Assembly (NCBI RefSeq): GCF_044647545.1
Contig: NZ_CP172818.1
Source of the DNA: Escherichia coli
GTDB lineage: Bacteria > Pseudomonadota > Gammaproteobacteria > Enterobacterales > Enterobacteriaceae
DNA length: 64,000 bases
Reading direction: 5' to 3' (one strand)
The notes beneath the pieces are model-generated. The model did no database searches, was not told the origin of the DNA, and worked only from the letters and a program-made list of their open reading frames with translations. A program made the translations under genes and the position numbers. Shown here one piece after another: positions 41,238-56,381 of the stretch; within the stretch, counting starts at the first letter, position 1, and each line of letters starts with the position of its first letter.

Positions 41238-43354
41238 CGCAGGAAACGATGGATTATCACGCTCTGAATGCGATGCTTAACCTTTACGATAGCGCAGGTC
41301 GCATTCAGTTCGATAAAGATCTCCAGGCAGTAGACGCCTTTATGACGACGCATGTGCGTCCGAACAGTGTGGCCTTCAGTAGCCAGCAGCAGCGCCTGAA
41401 CTGGCTGGTTAACGAAGGTTACTATGATGAAAGTGTCCTTAATCGCTACTCTCGCGATTTTGTCATTACGCTGTTTGCCCACGCGCACGCCAGCGGTTTT
41501 CGTTTCCAGACATTCCTCGGAGCATGGAAGTTTTACACCAGCTATACGTTGAAGACATTCGACGGTAAGCGTTATCTGGAAGATTTTGCCGATCGCGTCA
41601 CGATGGTGGCGCTGACGCTGGCACAAGGCGATGAAACACTGGCGACGCAGCTCACTGATGAGATGCTGTCAGGACGCTTTCAGCCAGCCACGCCAACATT
41701 CCTCAACTGCGGTAAGCAGCAGCGCGGCGAACTGGTTTCCTGTTTTCTGCTGCGTATTGAAGACAATATGGAGTCGATTGGCCGGGCAGTAAATTCCGCA
41801 CTACAACTGTCGAAACGCGGCGGCGGCGTAGCATTTTTGCTGTCGAATCTGCGGGAAGCGGGCGCGCCAATTAAACGTATTGAAAATCAATCTTCTGGCG
41901 TGATTCCGGTGATGAAAATGCTGGAAGACGCATTTTCCTATGCTAACCAACTCGGCGCGCGTCAGGGGGCTGGGGCAGTCTATTTACATGCTCATCATCC
42001 CGATATTCTGCGTTTTCTCGATACAAAACGGGAAAATGCCGACGAAAAAATCCGCATTAAAACACTGTCGCTGGGCGTGGTGATCCCGGATATCACTTTC
42101 CATCTGGCAAAAGAGAATGCGCAGATGGCGCTGTTTTCGCCTTATGACGTAGAGCGAGTTTATGGCAAACCGTTTGCCGATGTCGCCATCAGCGAACGCT
42201 ATGACGAACTGGTTGCCGATGAACGCATTCGCAAAAAATACCTCAACGCCCGTGATTTCTTCCAGCGACTGGCAGAGATCCAGTTTGAGTCTGGCTATCC
42301 GTACATCATGTATGAAGACACGGTTAACCGTGCTAACCCTATCGCCGGGCGCATAAATATGAGCAATCTCTGCTCAGAAATTTTGCAGGTTAACAGCGCC
42401 TCAGAATATGACGAGAATCTCGACTATGCTCGTACAGGCCATGATATTTCCTGCAATCTAGGGTCGTTGAATATTGCCCACACAATGGATTCCCCCGACT
42501 TTGCCCGCACGGTAGAGACTGCCGTACGCGGTTTAACGGCGGTGTCAGATATGAGTCATATCCGCAGCGTGCCGTCCATCGAAGCCGGAAATGCCGCCTC
42601 ACACGCCATCGGTCTGGGGCAGATGAATTTACACGGTTATCTGGCGCGAGAAGGCATCGCTTATGGTTCGCCGGAAGCACTGGATTTCACCAATCTCTAT
42701 TTCTATACCATCACCTGGCACGCACTGCGTACCTCGATGTTGCTGGCGCGCGAACGCGGTGAAACCTTCGCCGGGTTCAAACAGTCACGCTATGCCAGTG
42801 GTGAATATTTCAGCCAATATCTGCAAAGTAACTGGCAGCCGAAAACGGCGAAAGTTGGCGAACTGTTTGCCCGTAGTGGTATTACGTTACCTACCCGTGA
42901 GATGTGGGCGCAGCTGCGCGACGACGTGATGCGCTATGGCATATACAACCAGAATCTCCAGGCGGTGCCGCCAACCGGTTCTATCTCTTATATCAACCAT
43001 GCCACGTCGAGTATTCATCCGATTGTGGCGAAAGTAGAGATACGCAAAGAGGGCAAAACAGGACGCGTTTACTACCCTGCCCCGTTTATGACTAACGAAA
43101 ATCTGGCGCTGTATCAGGACGCTTACGAAATCGGCGCAGAAAAGATCATCGACACCTACGCGGAAGCGACTCGCCATGTCGATCAGGGGCTGTCGCTGAC
43201 GCTGTTTTTCCCCGATACCGCCACCACTCGCGATATCAACAAAGCGCAGATTTACGCCTGGCGCAAAGGTATCAAAACGCTCTATTACATCCGCCTGCGT
43301 CAGATGGCGCTGGAAGGCACTGAAATTGAAGGCTGCGTCTCCTGTGCACTTTAA
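41210..43354 (+). CDS. nrdE: Class Ib ribonucleotide reductase alpha subunit, 714 aa
   Basis: Sequence recognised as NrdE. Confidence 0.95.
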   Translation: MATTTAERLTQETMDYHALNAMLNLYDSAGRIQFDKDLQAVDAFMTTHVRPNSVAFSSQQQRLNWLVNEGYYDESVLNRYSRDFVITLFAHAHASGFRFQTFLGAWKFYTSYTLKTFDGKRYLEDFADRVTMVALTLAQGDETLATQLTDEMLSGRFQPATPTFLNCGKQQRGELVSCFLLRIEDNMESIGRAVNSALQLSKRGGGVAFLLSNLREAGAPIKRIENQSSGVIPVMKMLEDAFSYANQLGARQGAGAVYLHAHHPDILRFLDTKRENADEKIRIKTLSLGVVIPDITFHLAKENAQMALFSPYDVERVYGKPFADVAISERYDELVADERIRKKYLNARDFFQRLAEIQFESGYPYIMYEDTVNRANPIAGRINMSNLCSEILQVNSASEYDENLDYARTGHDISCNLGSLNIAHTMDSPDFARTVETAVRGLTAVSDMSHIRSVPSIEAGNAASHAIGLGQMNLHGYLAREGIAYGSPEALDFTNLYFYTITWHALRTSMLLARERGETFAGFKQSRYASGEYFSQYLQSNWQPKTAKVGELFARSGITLPTREMWAQLRDDVMRYGIYNQNLQAVPPTGSISYINHATSSIHPIVAKVEIRKEGKTGRVYYPAPFMTNENLALYQDAYEIGAEKIIDTYAEATRHVDQGLSLTLFFPDTATTRDINKAQIYAWRKGIKTLYYIRLRQMALEGTEIEGCVSCAL

Positions 43355-44323
<969 letters not shown>

Positions 44324-44678
44324 GGGGGTTATTTTCAAAAATATCACTACCCGCTGCAGGGAAATAATTCCCGCCAAATAGCTTTATATCACGCAAATAA
44401 TTTGTGGTGATCTACACTGATACTCTGTTGCATTATTCGCCTGAAACCACAATATTCAGGCGTTTTTTTGCTATCTTTGACAAAAAATATCAACTTTTCT
44501 CGATTTGCTCTCAGCCCTTATATCATGGGAAATTCCGGCGATTTGCTCACATCAATATTCATGCCACATTTGCCATCAGGGGTTGCCTCAGATTCTCAGT
44601 ATGTTAGGGTAGAAAAAAGTGACTATTTCCATTGGGTAATGTATCGACATAAACAAATAACAGGAATCTTTCTATTGC

Positions 44679-45881
44679 ATGGCAATTAAATTAGAAATTA
44701 AAAATCTTTATAAAATATTTGGTGAGCATCCACAGCGAGCTTTCAAATATATCGAACAAGGACTTTCAAAAGAACAAATTCTGGAAAAAACTGGGCTATC
44801 GCTTGGCGTAAAAGACGCCAGTCTGGCCATTGAAGAAGGCGAGATATTTGTCATCATGGGATTATCCGGTTCGGGTAAATCCACAATGGTACGCCTTCTC
44901 AATCGCCTGATTGAACCCACCCGCGGGCAAGTGCTGATTGATGGTGTGGATATTGCCAAAATATCCGACGCCGAACTCCGTGAGGTGCGCAGAAAAAAGA
45001 TTGCGATGGTCTTCCAGTCCTTTGCCTTAATGCCGCATATGACCGTGCTGGACAATACTGCGTTCGGTATGGAATTGGCCGGAATTAATGCCGAAGAACG
45101 CCGGGAAAAAGCCCTTGATGCACTGCGTCAGGTCGGGCTAGAAAATTATGCCCACAGCTACCCGGATGAACTCTCTGGCGGGATGCGTCAACGTGTGGGA
45201 TTAGCCCGCGCGTTAGCGATTAATCCGGATATATTATTAATGGACGAAGCCTTCTCGGCGCTCGATCCATTAATTCGCACTGAGATGCAGGATGAGCTGG
45301 TAAAATTACAGGCGAAACATCAGCGCACCATTGTCTTTATTTCTCACGATCTCGACGAAGCTATGCGTATTGGTGACCGAATTGCCATTATGCAAAATGG
45401 TGAAGTGGTGCAGGTTGGTACACCGGATGAAATTCTTAATAATCCGGCGAATGATTATGTCCGTACCTTCTTCCGTGGCGTCGATATTAGTCAGGTATTC
45501 AGTGCGAAAGATATTGCTCGCCGGACACCGAACGGCTTAATTCGTAAAACCCCCGGCTTCGGCCCGCGTTCGGCACTGAAATTATTGCAGGATGAAGATC
45601 GCGAATATGGCTACGTCATCGAACGTGGTAATAAGTTTGTCGGCGCAGTGTCTATCGATTCGCTTAAAACCGCGTTAACGCAGCAGCAAGGTCTTGATGC
45701 GGCGCTGATTGATGCGCCGTTAGCGGTCGATGCACAAACGCCTCTTAGCGAGTTGCTCTCTCATGTCGGACAGGCACCCTGTGCGGTGCCCGTGGTCGAC
45801 GAGGACCAACAGTATGTCGGCATCATTTCGAAAGGAATGCTGCTGCGCGCTTTAGATCGTGAGGGGGTAAATAATGGCTGA
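44679..45881 (+). CDS. proV: Glycine betaine/proline ABC transporter ATPase, 400 aa
   Basis: Walker [13 protein letters not shown] signature LSGGMRQR, C-terminal CBS domains. Confidence 0.95.
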   Translation: MAIKLEIKNLYKIFGEHPQRAFKYIEQGLSKEQILEKTGLSLGVKDASLAIEEGEIFVIMGLSGSGKSTMVRLLNRLIEPTRGQVLIDGVDIAKISDAELREVRRKKIAMVFQSFALMPHMTVLDNTAFGMELAGINAEERREKALDALRQVGLENYAHSYPDELSGGMRQRVGLARALAINPDILLMDEAFSALDPLIRTEMQDELVKLQAKHQRTIVFISHDLDEAMRIGDRIAIMQNGEVVQVGTPDEILNNPANDYVRTFFRGVDISQVFSAKDIARRTPNGLIRKTPGFGPRSALKLLQDEDREYGYVIERGNKFVGAVSIDSLKTALTQQQGLDAALIDAPLAVDAQTPLSELLSHVGQAPCAVPVVDEDQQYVGIISKGMLLRALDREGVNNG

Positions 45882-46938
45882 TCAAAATAATCCGTGGGAT
45901 ACCACGCCAGCGGCGGACAGTGCTGCACAATCCGCAGACGCCTGGGGTACACCGGCTGCTGCACCGACTGACGGCGGTGGTGCTGACTGGCTGACCAGTA
46001 CGCCTGCGCCAAACGTCGAGCATTTTAATATTCTCGATCCGTTCCATAAAACTCTGATCCCGCTCGACAGTTGGGTCACTGAAGGGATCGACTGGGTCGT
46101 TACCCATTTCCGTCCCGTCTTCCAGGGCGTGCGCGTTCCGGTTGATTATATCCTCAACGGTTTCCAGCAATTGCTGCTGGGTATGCCCGCGCCGGTGGCG
46201 ATTATCGTTTTCGCTCTCATCGCCTGGCAGATTTCCGGGGTCGGAATGGGCGTGGCGACGCTGGTTTCGCTGATTGCCATCGGCGCAATCGGTGCCTGGT
46301 CGCAGGCCATGGTTACCCTGGCGCTGGTGTTAACCGCCCTGCTGTTCTGTATCGTCATAGGTTTGCCGTTGGGGATCTGGCTGGCGAGAAGTCCGCGAGC
46401 GGCGAAAATTATTCGTCCACTGCTTGATGCCATGCAGACCACGCCCGCGTTTGTTTATCTGGTGCCAATCGTCATGCTGTTTGGTATCGGCAACGTGCCG
46501 GGCGTGGTGGTGACGATCATCTTTGCGCTGCCGCCGATTATCCGTCTGACGATTCTGGGAATTAACCAGGTTCCGGCGGATCTGATTGAAGCCTCGCGCT
46601 CATTCGGTGCCAGCCCGCGCCAGATGCTGTTCAAAGTTCAGTTACCGCTGGCGATGCCAACCATTATGGCGGGCGTTAACCAGACGCTGATGCTGGCCCT
46701 TTCTATGGTGGTCATCGCCTCGATGATTGCCGTCGGCGGGCTGGGTCAGATGGTACTTCGCGGTATCGGTCGTCTGGATATGGGGCTTGCCACCGTTGGC
46801 GGCGTCGGGATTGTGATCCTCGCCATTATCCTCGACCGCCTGACGCAGGCCGTTGGGCGCGACTCACGCAGTCGCGGCAACCGTAGATGGTACACCACTG
46901 GCCCTGTTGGTCTGCTGACCCGCCCATTCATTAAGTAA
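45874..46938 (+). CDS. proW: Glycine betaine/proline ABC transporter permease, 354 aa
   Basis: Sequence recognised as ProW; overlaps the proV stop. Confidence 0.95.
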   Translation: MADQNNPWDTTPAADSAAQSADAWGTPAAAPTDGGGADWLTSTPAPNVEHFNILDPFHKTLIPLDSWVTEGIDWVVTHFRPVFQGVRVPVDYILNGFQQLLLGMPAPVAIIVFALIAWQISGVGMGVATLVSLIAIGAIGAWSQAMVTLALVLTALLFCIVIGLPLGIWLARSPRAAKIIRPLLDAMQTTPAFVYLVPIVMLFGIGNVPGVVVTIIFALPPIIRLTILGINQVPADLIEASRSFGASPRQMLFKVQLPLAMPTIMAGVNQTLMLALSMVVIASMIAVGGLGQMVLRGIGRLDMGLATVGGVGIVILAIILDRLTQAVGRDSRSRGNRRWYTTGPVGLLTRPFIK

Positions 46939-46994
46939 CTCTGCACTTGCCCGGTAACGCCGGGCATATCACCCTGCCAAAAAAAGGAATAACA

Positions 46995-47987
46995 ATGCGA
47001 CATAGCGTACTTTTTGCGACAGCGTTTGCCACGCTTATCTCTACACAAACTTTTGCTGCCGACCTGCCGGGCAAAGGCATTACTGTTAATCCGGTTCAGA
47101 GCACCATCACCGAAGAAACTTTCCAGACGCTGCTGGTCAGCCGCGCGCTGGAGAAATTAGGTTATACCGTCAATAAACCCAGCGAAGTGGATTACAACGT
47201 TGGCTACACCTCGCTTGCTTCCGGCGATGCAACCTTCACCGCAGTGAACTGGACGCCACTGCATGACAACATGTACGAAGCTGCCGGTGGCGATAAGAAA
47301 TTTTATCGTGAAGGAGTATTTGTTAACGGCGCGGCACAGGGTTACCTGATCGATAAGAAAACCGCCGACCAGTATAAAATTACCAACATCGCGCAACTTA
47401 AAGATCCGAAGATCGCCAAACTGTTCGATACCAACGGCGACGGTAAAGCGGATTTAACCGGCTGTAACCCAGGCTGGGGCTGCGAAGGTGCGATCAACCA
47501 CCAGCTTGCCGCGTATGGACTGACCAATACCGTGACGCATAATCAGGGGAACTACGCAGCGATGATGGCTGACACCATCAGTCGTTACAAAGAGGGTAAG
47601 CCGGTGTTTTACTACACCTGGACGCCGTACTGGGTGAGTAACGAACTGAAACCGGGGAAAGATGTGGTCTGGTTGCAGGTGCCGTTCTCCGCACTGCCGG
47701 GCGATAAAAATGCCGATACCAAACTGCCGAATGGCGCGAATTACGGCTTCCCGGTCAGTACCATGCATATCGTTGCCAACAAAGCCTGGGCCGAGAAAAA
47801 CCCGGCAGCAGCGAAACTGTTTGCCATTATGCAGTTACCAGTGGCAGATATTAACGCCCAGAACGCCATTATGCATGACGGCAAAGCCTCAGAAGGCGAT
47901 ATTCAGGGCCACGTTGATGGCTGGATCAAAGCCCACCAGCAGCAGTTCGATGGCTGGGTGAATGAGGCGCTGGCAGCGCAGAAGTAA
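46995..47987 (+). CDS. proX: Glycine betaine-binding periplasmic protein, 330 aa
   Basis: ATG at 46995 ([11 protein letters not shown]... signal peptide). Confidence 0.9.
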   Translation: MRHSVLFATAFATLISTQTFAADLPGKGITVNPVQSTITEETFQTLLVSRALEKLGYTVNKPSEVDYNVGYTSLASGDATFTAVNWTPLHDNMYEAAGGDKKFYREGVFVNGAAQGYLIDKKTADQYKITNIAQLKDPKIAKLFDTNGDGKADLTGCNPGWGCEGAINHQLAAYGLTNTVTHNQGNYAAMMADTISRYKEGKPVFYYTWTPYWVSNELKPGKDVVWLQVPFSALPGDKNADTKLPNGANYGFPVSTMHIVANKAWAEKNPAAAKLFAIMQLPVADINAQNAIMHDGKASEGDIQGHVDGWIKAHQQQFDGWVNEALAAQK

Positions 47988-47990
47988 TTT

Positions 47991-48060
47991 TTATTCGGGC
48001 GGATAAGGCGTTTTTGCCTCATCCGCCGCTCTGTACACAATGCCTGATGCGACGCTGGTG
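47991..48060. repeat. REP-like palindromic elements after proX
   Basis: GGCGGATAAGGCG...GCCTCATCCGCC-type units. Confidence 0.5.
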
Positions 48061-48178
48061 CGTCTTATCATACCTACAAACCACACCGCACATTTCAACA
48101 ATCTATCTTTCATCCCATATTCATCAACATCCGCTATTATTGATTTCCAGCTTAATCATCACCTGATGAACAAAAATA

Positions 48179-49363
48179 ATGACTAAACCTAATCATGAGC
48201 TTAGCCCGGCGCTGATCGTGCTGATGTCTATCGCCACCGGTCTGGCGGTAGCCAGTAACTATTACGCCCAGCCATTGCTCGACACCATCGCGCGTAACTT
48301 TTCCCTTTCCGCCAGTTCGGCAGGCTTTATTGTTACCGCCGCGCAGTTGGGCTATGCCGCAGGTCTGCTGTTTCTTGTTCCCCTCGGTGATATGTTTGAA
48401 CGCCGCCGCCTGATTGTCTCGATGACCTTACTGGCGGCAGGCGGCATGTTAATCACTGCCAGCAGTCAGTCGCTGGCGATGATGATCCTCGGTACGGCAT
48501 TAACCGGTTTATTCTCAGTCGTGGCACAAATTCTGGTTCCGCTGGCAGCGACGCTGGCTTCACCGGACAAACGCGGCAAAGTGGTCGGCACCATTATGAG
48601 CGGGCTGCTGTTGGGGATCTTGCTGGCACGGACCGTTGCCGGATTGCTGGCGAGTCTCGGTGGCTGGCGAACTGTCTTTTGGGTCGCTTCGGTATTAATG
48701 GCACTGATGGCGCTGGCGTTATGGCGTGGTCTGCCACAAATGAAATCAGAAACCCACCTCAACTACCCACAGTTGTTGGGTTCCGTTTTCAGCATGTTTA
48801 TCAGCAATAAGATCCTGCGCACCCGCGCGTTGCTGGGCTGCCTGACCTTTGCCAACTTCAGCATTCTCTGGACCTCAATGGCCTTTTTGCTTGCCGCTCC
48901 ACCTTTTAACTACAGCGATGGTGTAATTGGTCTGTTTGGGCTTGCGGGAGCTGCCGGAGCGTTGGGCGCTCGTCCGGCGGGCGGTTTTGCCGATAAGGGC
49001 AAATCACACCACACCACAACTTTCGGCCTGCTGCTGCTGTTACTTTCATGGCTGGCTATCTGGTTTGGACACACTTCTGTACTGGCGCTGGTTATCGGCA
49101 TCCTGGTGCTGGACCTCACCGTGCAGGGGGTGCACATCACTAACCAGACGGTAATTTATCGAATTTACCCCGATGCGCGTAATCGCCTGACTGCAGGTTA
49201 CATGACCAGCTACTTTATTGGCGGTGCTGCCGGTTCGCTAATTTCAGCCTCAGCCTGGCAACATGGCGGTTGGGCTGGCGTTTGTCTGGCTGGCGCGACG
49301 ATTGCCCTGGTTAACTTACTGGTCTGGTGGCGAGGTTTTCATCGTCAGGAAGCCGCAAATTAA
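48179..49363 (+). CDS. ygaY: MFS transporter, 394 aa
   Basis: Intact 394-aa ORF with multiple transmembrane segments. Confidence 0.8.
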   Translation: MTKPNHELSPALIVLMSIATGLAVASNYYAQPLLDTIARNFSLSASSAGFIVTAAQLGYAAGLLFLVPLGDMFERRRLIVSMTLLAAGGMLITASSQSLAMMILGTALTGLFSVVAQILVPLAATLASPDKRGKVVGTIMSGLLLGILLARTVAGLLASLGGWRTVFWVASVLMALMALALWRGLPQMKSETHLNYPQLLGSVFSMFISNKILRTRALLGCLTFANFSILWTSMAFLLAAPPFNYSDGVIGLFGLAGAAGALGARPAGGFADKGKSHHTTTFGLLLLLLSWLAIWFGHTSVLALVIGILVLDLTVQGVHITNQTVIYRIYPDARNRLTAGYMTSYFIGGAAGSLISASAWQHGGWAGVCLAGATIALVNLLVWWRGFHRQEAAN

Positions 49364-49486
49364 GCAATCAGCAACCGTTTTCGTGGCTTTACACTTATAA
49401 GGGTGTTAAGAAGCCCATCAGTCTGATAAGGTTAAGATATTCATTCAGTCTATTTATAATATTAACAATCGTTAAGCGTACACTCT

Positions 49487-50224
49487 ATGGAAAGCCCTAC
49501 TCCACAGCCTGCTCCTGGTTCGGCGACCTTCATGGAAGGATGCAAAGACAGTTTACCGATTGTTATTAGTTATATTCCGGTGGCCTTTGCGTTCGGTCTG
49601 AATGCGACCCGTCTGGGATTCTCTCCTCTCGAAAGCGTTTTTTTCTCCTGCATCATTTATGCAGGCGCGAGCCAGTTCGTCATTACCGCGATGCTGGCAG
49701 CCGGGAGTAGTTTGTGGGTTGCTGCACTGACCGTCATGGCAATGGATGTTCGCCATGTTTTGTATGGCCCGTCACTGCGTAGCCGTATTATTCAGCGTCT
49801 GCAAAAATCGAAAACCGCCCTGTGGGCATTTGGCCTGACGGATGAGGTTTTTGCCGCCGCAACCGCAAAACTGGTACGCAATAATCGCCGCTGGAGCGAG
49901 AACTGGATGATCGGCATTGCCTTCAGTTCATGGTCATCGTGGGTATTTGGTACGGTAATAGGGGCATTCTCCGGCAGCGGCTTGCTGCAAGGATATCCCG
50001 CCGTTGAAGCAGCATTAGGTTTTATGCTTCCGGCACTCTTTATGAGTTTCCTGCTCGCCTCTTTCCAGCGCAAACAATCTCTTTGCGTTACCGCAGCGTT
50101 AGTTGGTGCCCTTGCAGGCGTAACGCTATTTTCTATTCCCGTCGCCATTCTGGCAGGCATTGTCTGTGGCTGCCTCACTGCGTTAATCCAGGCATTCTGG
50201 CAAGGAGCGCCCGATGAGCTATGA
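49487..50224 (+). CDS. ygaZ: AzlC-family branched-chain amino acid exporter subunit, 245 aa
   Basis: Sequence recognised as YgaZ. Confidence 0.85.
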   Translation: MESPTPQPAPGSATFMEGCKDSLPIVISYIPVAFAFGLNATRLGFSPLESVFFSCIIYAGASQFVITAMLAAGSSLWVAALTVMAMDVRHVLYGPSLRSRIIQRLQKSKTALWAFGLTDEVFAAATAKLVRNNRRWSENWMIGIAFSSWSSWVFGTVIGAFSGSGLLQGYPAVEAALGFMLPALFMSFLLASFQRKQSLCVTAALVGALAGVTLFSIPVAILAGIVCGCLTALIQAFWQGAPDEL

Positions 50225-50549
50225 GGTTTTGCTGCTTGGGTTACTGGTTGGCACGGCGAATTATTGCTTCCGCTATTTGCCGCTGCGCCTGCGTGTGGGT
50301 AATGCCCGCCCAACCAAACGTGGCGCGATAGGCATATTGCTCGACACCATTGGCATCGCCTCGATATGCGCTCTGCTGGTTGTCTCTACCGCACCAGAAG
50401 TGATGCACGATACACGCCGTTTCGTGCCCACACTGGTCGGCTTCGCGGTACTGGGTGCCAGTTTCTATAAAACACGCAGCATTATCATCCCAACACTGCT
50501 TAGTGCGCTGGCCTACGGGCTCGCCTGGAAAGTGATGGCGATTATATAA
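50214..50549 (+). CDS. ygaH: AzlD-family exporter subunit, 111 aa
   Basis: Overlaps the ygaZ stop; small hydrophobic protein. Confidence 0.85.
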   Translation: MSYEVLLLGLLVGTANYCFRYLPLRLRVGNARPTKRGAIGILLDTIGIASICALLVVSTAPEVMHDTRRFVPTLVGFAVLGASFYKTRSIIIPTLLSALAYGLAWKVMAII

Positions 50550-50639
50550 CCCACAAGAATCATTTTTCTAAAACAATACATTTACTTTATTTGTCACTGT
50601 CGTTACTATATCGGCTGAAATTAATGAGGTCATACCCAA

Positions 50640-51170
50640 ATGGATAGTTCGTTTACGCCCATTGAACAAATGCTAAAATTTCGCGCCAGCCGCCACGAAG
50701 ATTTTCCTTATCAGGAGATCCTTCTGACTCGTCTTTGCATGCACATGCAAAGCAAGCTGCTGGAGAACCGCAATAAAATGCTGAAGGCTCAGGGGATTAA
50801 CGAGACGTTGTTTATGGCGTTGATTACGCTGGAGTCTCAGGAAAACCACAGTATTCAGCCTTCTGAATTGAGTTGTGCTCTTGGATCATCCCGTACCAAC
50901 GCGACGCGTATTGCCGATGAACTGGAAAAACGCGGTTGGATCGAACGTCGTGAAAGCGATAACGATCGCCGCTGCCTGCATCTGCAATTAACGGAAAAAG
51001 GTCACGAGTTTTTGCGCGAGGTTTTACCACCGCAGCATAATTGCCTGCATCAACTCTGGTCCGCGCTCAGCACAACAGAAAAAGATCAGCTCGAGCAAAT
51101 CACCCGCAAATTGCTCTCCCGTCTCGACCAGATGGAACAAGACGGTGCGGTTCTCGAAGCGATGAGCTAA
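50640..51170 (+). CDS. mprA: MarR-family repressor MprA/EmrR, 176 aa
   Basis: Sequence recognised as EmrR. Confidence 0.9.
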   Translation: MDSSFTPIEQMLKFRASRHEDFPYQEILLTRLCMHMQSKLLENRNKMLKAQGINETLFMALITLESQENHSIQPSELSCALGSSRTNATRIADELEKRGWIERRESDNDRRCLHLQLTEKGHEFLREVLPPQHNCLHQLWSALSTTEKDQLEQITRKLLSRLDQMEQDGAVLEAMS

Positions 51171-51296
51171 CGCGTCATCTCGCTCAAAAATCCAGATTTA
51201 TAAAAGAAAAAATGACTGGCCAGCATCGCAACATGCTGGCCTTTTTGGCAAGCAGGTCGGCTCAGCCGATGAGTTAAGAAGATCGTGGAGAACAAT

Positions 51297-52469
51297 ATGA
51301 GCGCAAATGCGGAGACTCAAACCCCGCAGCAACCGGTAAAGAAGAGCGGCAAACGTAAGCGTCTGCTCCTCCTTCTCACCTTGCTCTTTATAATTATTGC
51401 CGTAGCGATAGGGATTTATTGGTTTTTGGTACTGCGTCATTTCGAAGAAACCGATGACGCATACGTGGCAGGGAATCAGATTCAAATTATGTCTCAGGTG
51501 TCTGGCAGCGTGACGAAAGTCTGGGCCGATAACACCGATTTTGTAAAAGAAGGCGACGTGCTGGTCACTCTCGACCCGACAGATGCTCGCCAGGCATTTG
51601 AAAAAGCCAAAACGGCACTGGCTTCCAGCGTTCGCCAAACCCACCAGCTGATGATTAACAGCAAACAGTTGCAGGCGAATATTGAGGTGCAAAAAATCGC
51701 CCTCGCGAAAGCACAAAGCGACTACAACCGCCGTGTGCCGCTGGGCAATGCCAACCTGATTGGTCGCGAAGAGCTGCAACACGCCCGCGACGCCGTCACC
51801 AGTGCCCAGGCACAACTGGACGTCGCTATTCAACAATACAATGCCAATCAGGCGATGATTCTGGGGACGAAACTGGAAGATCAGCCTGCCGTGCAACAGG
51901 CTGCCACCGAAGTACGTAACGCCTGGCTGGCGCTGGAGCGTACCCGTATTGTCAGTCCGATGACCGGTTATGTCTCCCGCCGCGCGGTACAGCCTGGGGC
52001 GCAAATTAGCCCAACGACGCCGCTGATGGCGGTCGTTCCAGCCACCAATATGTGGGTGGATGCCAACTTTAAAGAGACGCAGATTGCCAATATGCGTATC
52101 GGTCAATCGGTCACCATCACCACCGATATTTACGGCGATGATGTGAAATACACCGGAAAAGTGGTTGGTCTGGATATGGGCACAGGTAGCGCGTTCTCAC
52201 TGCTTCCGGCGCAAAATGCGACCGGTAACTGGATCAAAGTCGTTCAGCGTCTGCCTGTGCGTATTGAACTGGACCAGAAACAGCTGGAGCAATACCCGCT
52301 GCGTATCGGTTTATCCACGCTGGTGAGCGTCAATACCACTAACCGTGACGGTCAGGTACTGGCAAATAAAGTACGTTCCACACCGGTAGCGGTAAGCACC
52401 GCGCGTGAAATCAGCCTGGCACCTGTCAATAAACTGATCGACGATATCGTAAAAGCTAACGCTGGCTAA
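51297..52469 (+). CDS. emrA: Multidrug efflux membrane fusion protein EmrA, 390 aa
   Basis: ATG at 51297 (MSANAETQTP...). Confidence 0.9.
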   Translation: MSANAETQTPQQPVKKSGKRKRLLLLLTLLFIIIAVAIGIYWFLVLRHFEETDDAYVAGNQIQIMSQVSGSVTKVWADNTDFVKEGDVLVTLDPTDARQAFEKAKTALASSVRQTHQLMINSKQLQANIEVQKIALAKAQSDYNRRVPLGNANLIGREELQHARDAVTSAQAQLDVAIQQYNANQAMILGTKLEDQPAVQQAATEVRNAWLALERTRIVSPMTGYVSRRAVQPGAQISPTTPLMAVVPATNMWVDANFKETQIANMRIGQSVTITTDIYGDDVKYTGKVVGLDMGTGSAFSLLPAQNATGNWIKVVQRLPVRIELDQKQLEQYPLRIGLSTLVSVNTTNRDGQVLANKVRSTPVAVSTAREISLAPVNKLIDDIVKANAG

Positions 52470-52485
52470 TCCAGAGGTGCGTGTG

Positions 52486-54024
52486 ATGCAACAGCAAAAA
52501 CCGCTGGAAGGCGCGCAACTGGTCATTATGACGATTGCGCTGTCACTGGCGACATTCATGCAGGTGCTGGACTCCACCATTGCTAACGTGGCGATCCCCA
52601 CTATCGCCGGGAATCTGGGCTCATCGCTCAGCCAGGGAACGTGGGTAATCACTTCTTTCGGGGTGGCGAATGCCATCTCGATCCCGCTTACCGGCTGGCT
52701 GGCAAAGCGCGTCGGGGAAGTGAAACTGTTCCTCTGGTCCACCATCGCCTTTGCTATTGCGTCGTGGGCGTGTGGTGTCTCCAGCAGCCTGAATATGCTG
52801 ATCTTCTTCCGCGTGATTCAGGGGATTGTCGCCGGGCCGTTAATTCCGCTTTCGCAAAGTCTATTGCTGAATAACTACCCGCCAGCCAAACGCTCGATCG
52901 CGCTGGCGTTGTGGTCGATGACGGTGATTGTCGCGCCAATTTGCGGCCCGATCCTCGGCGGGTATATCAGTGACAATTACCACTGGGGCTGGATATTCTT
53001 CATCAACGTACCGATTGGCGTGGCGGTGGTGTTGATGACACTGCAAACCCTGCGCGGACGCGAAACCCGCACCGAACGGCGGCGGATTGATGCCGTGGGG
53101 CTGGCACTGCTGGTTATTGGTATCGGCAGCCTGCAGATTATGCTCGACCGCGGTAAAGAGCTGGACTGGTTCTCATCACAGGAAATTATCATCCTCACCG
53201 TGGTGGCGGTGGTGGCTATCTGCTTCCTGATTGTCTGGGAGCTGACCGACGATAACCCGATAGTCGATCTGTCGTTGTTTAAGTCGCGCAACTTCACCAT
53301 CGGCTGCTTGTGTATCAGCCTCGCGTATATGCTCTACTTCGGCGCGATTGTTCTGCTGCCGCAGTTGTTGCAGGAGGTCTACGGTTACACGGCAACGTGG
53401 GCAGGTCTGGCCTCTGCGCCGGTAGGAATTATTCCGGTGATCCTGTCGCCGATTATCGGCCGCTTCGCGCATAAACTGGATATGCGGCGGCTGGTAACCT
53501 TCAGCTTTATTATGTATGCCGTCTGCTTCTACTGGCGTGCCTATACCTTTGAACCGGGTATGGATTTTGGCGCGTCGGCCTGGCCGCAGTTTATCCAGGG
53601 TTTTGCGGTGGCCTGCTTCTTTATGCCGCTAACCACCATTACGCTGTCCGGTTTGCCACCGGAACGACTGGCGGCAGCATCGAGCCTCTCCAACTTTACG
53701 CGAACGCTGGCGGGGTCTATCGGCACGTCGATAACCACGACCATGTGGACCAACCGCGAGTCGCTGCACCATGCGCAGTTGACTGAGTCGGTAAACCCGT
53801 TCAACCCGAATGCCCAGGCGATGTACAGTCAACTGGAAGGGCTTGGGATGACGCAACAGCAGGCATCAGGCTGGATTGCCCAGCAGATCACCAATCAGGG
53901 GCTGATTATTTCCGCCAATGAGATCTTCTGGATGTCAGCCGGGATATTCCTCGTCCTGCTGGGGCTGGTGTGGTTTGCTAAACCGCCATTTGGCGCAGGT
54001 GGCGGCGGAGGCGGTGCGCACTAA
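52486..54024 (+). CDS. emrB: Multidrug efflux MFS pump EmrB, 512 aa
   Basis: ATG at 52486 (MQQQKPLEGA...). Confidence 0.9.
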   Translation: MQQQKPLEGAQLVIMTIALSLATFMQVLDSTIANVAIPTIAGNLGSSLSQGTWVITSFGVANAISIPLTGWLAKRVGEVKLFLWSTIAFAIASWACGVSSSLNMLIFFRVIQGIVAGPLIPLSQSLLLNNYPPAKRSIALALWSMTVIVAPICGPILGGYISDNYHWGWIFFINVPIGVAVVLMTLQTLRGRETRTERRRIDAVGLALLVIGIGSLQIMLDRGKELDWFSSQEIIILTVVAVVAICFLIVWELTDDNPIVDLSLFKSRNFTIGCLCISLAYMLYFGAIVLLPQLLQEVYGYTATWAGLASAPVGIIPVILSPIIGRFAHKLDMRRLVTFSFIMYAVCFYWRAYTFEPGMDFGASAWPQFIQGFAVACFFMPLTTITLSGLPPERLAAASSLSNFTRTLAGSIGTSITTTMWTNRESLHHAQLTESVNPFNPNAQAMYSQLEGLGMTQQQASGWIAQQITNQGLIISANEIFWMSAGIFLVLLGLVWFAKPPFGAGGGGGGAH

Positions 54025-54033
54025 GTACAACTA

Positions 54034-54061
54034 AGCCAGTTCATTTGAACTGGCTTTTTTC
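54034..54061 (+). terminator. Intrinsic terminator after emrB
   Basis: AGCCAGTTCA-TT-TGAACTGGCT hairpin followed by TTTTTT. Confidence 0.75.
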
Positions 54062-54087
54062 AATTAATTGTGAAGATAGTTTACTGA

Positions 54088-54603
54088 CTAGATGTGCAGT
54101 TCCTGCAACTTCTCTTTCGGCAGCGCCAGTTCTTCGTTGCTGTTGATGCGCACGTCACGTTCCAGAATGCTACGCGCAATATCCTGCGCTTCCTGCAACG
54201 AGTGCATCTGGTAAGTGCCACACTGGTAGACGTTCAGTTCCGGGATCTGATTCTGATCCTGCACTTTCAGCACGTCTTCCATTGCCGCTTTCCAGGCATC
54301 AGCGACACGCTGCTCATCTGGCGTACCAATCAGACTCATATAAAAACCGGTGCGGCAGCCCATTGGCGAGATATCGATAATCTCTACGCCATTACCGTTA
54401 AGATGGTTACGCATAAAACCAGCAAACAGGTGCTCCAGGGTATGGATCCCTCTTTCTGGCATCACTTCTTTGTTCGGCACGCAGAAGCGCAGATCGAACA
54501 CGGTGATTGCGTCGCCATGCGGGGTGTTCATTGTTTTCGCCACCCGAACTGCAGGCGCTTCCATCCGGGTATGATCGACTGTGAAGCTATCTAACAACGG
54601 CAT
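54088..54603 (-). CDS. luxS: S-ribosylhomocysteine lyase LuxS, 171 aa
   Basis: Sequence recognised as LuxS. Confidence 0.95.
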
Positions 54604-54671
54604 TTAGCCACCTCCGGTAATTTTTTTAAAAATTTTCTGAACTCTTTCTTCCCAGGCGAGTCTGAGTATAT

Positions 54672-54743
54672 GAAAGACGCGCATTTGTTATCATCATCCC
54701 TGAATTCAGAGATGAAATTTTGGCCACTCACGAGTGGCCTTTT
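54672..54743 (+). ncRNA. micA: MicA (SraD) small regulatory RNA
   Basis: GAAAGACGCGCATTTGTTATCATCATCCCTGAATTCAGAGATGAAATTTTGGCCACTCACGAGTGGCCTTTTT between luxS and gshA, ending in a terminator hairpin. Confidence 0.85.
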
Positions 54744-54752
54744 TCTTTTCTG

Positions 54753-56336
<1,584 letters not shown>

Positions 56337-56381
56337 TTAATTAGCATAACTGTAATGGTGACCATATGTGCAGGCCTACAA

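Noticed and set aside
40970-41626. 218-aa minus-strand ORF
   Set aside because: Antisense to nrdI/nrdE.
54094-54594. 166-aa plus-strand ORF
   Set aside because: Antisense to luxS.
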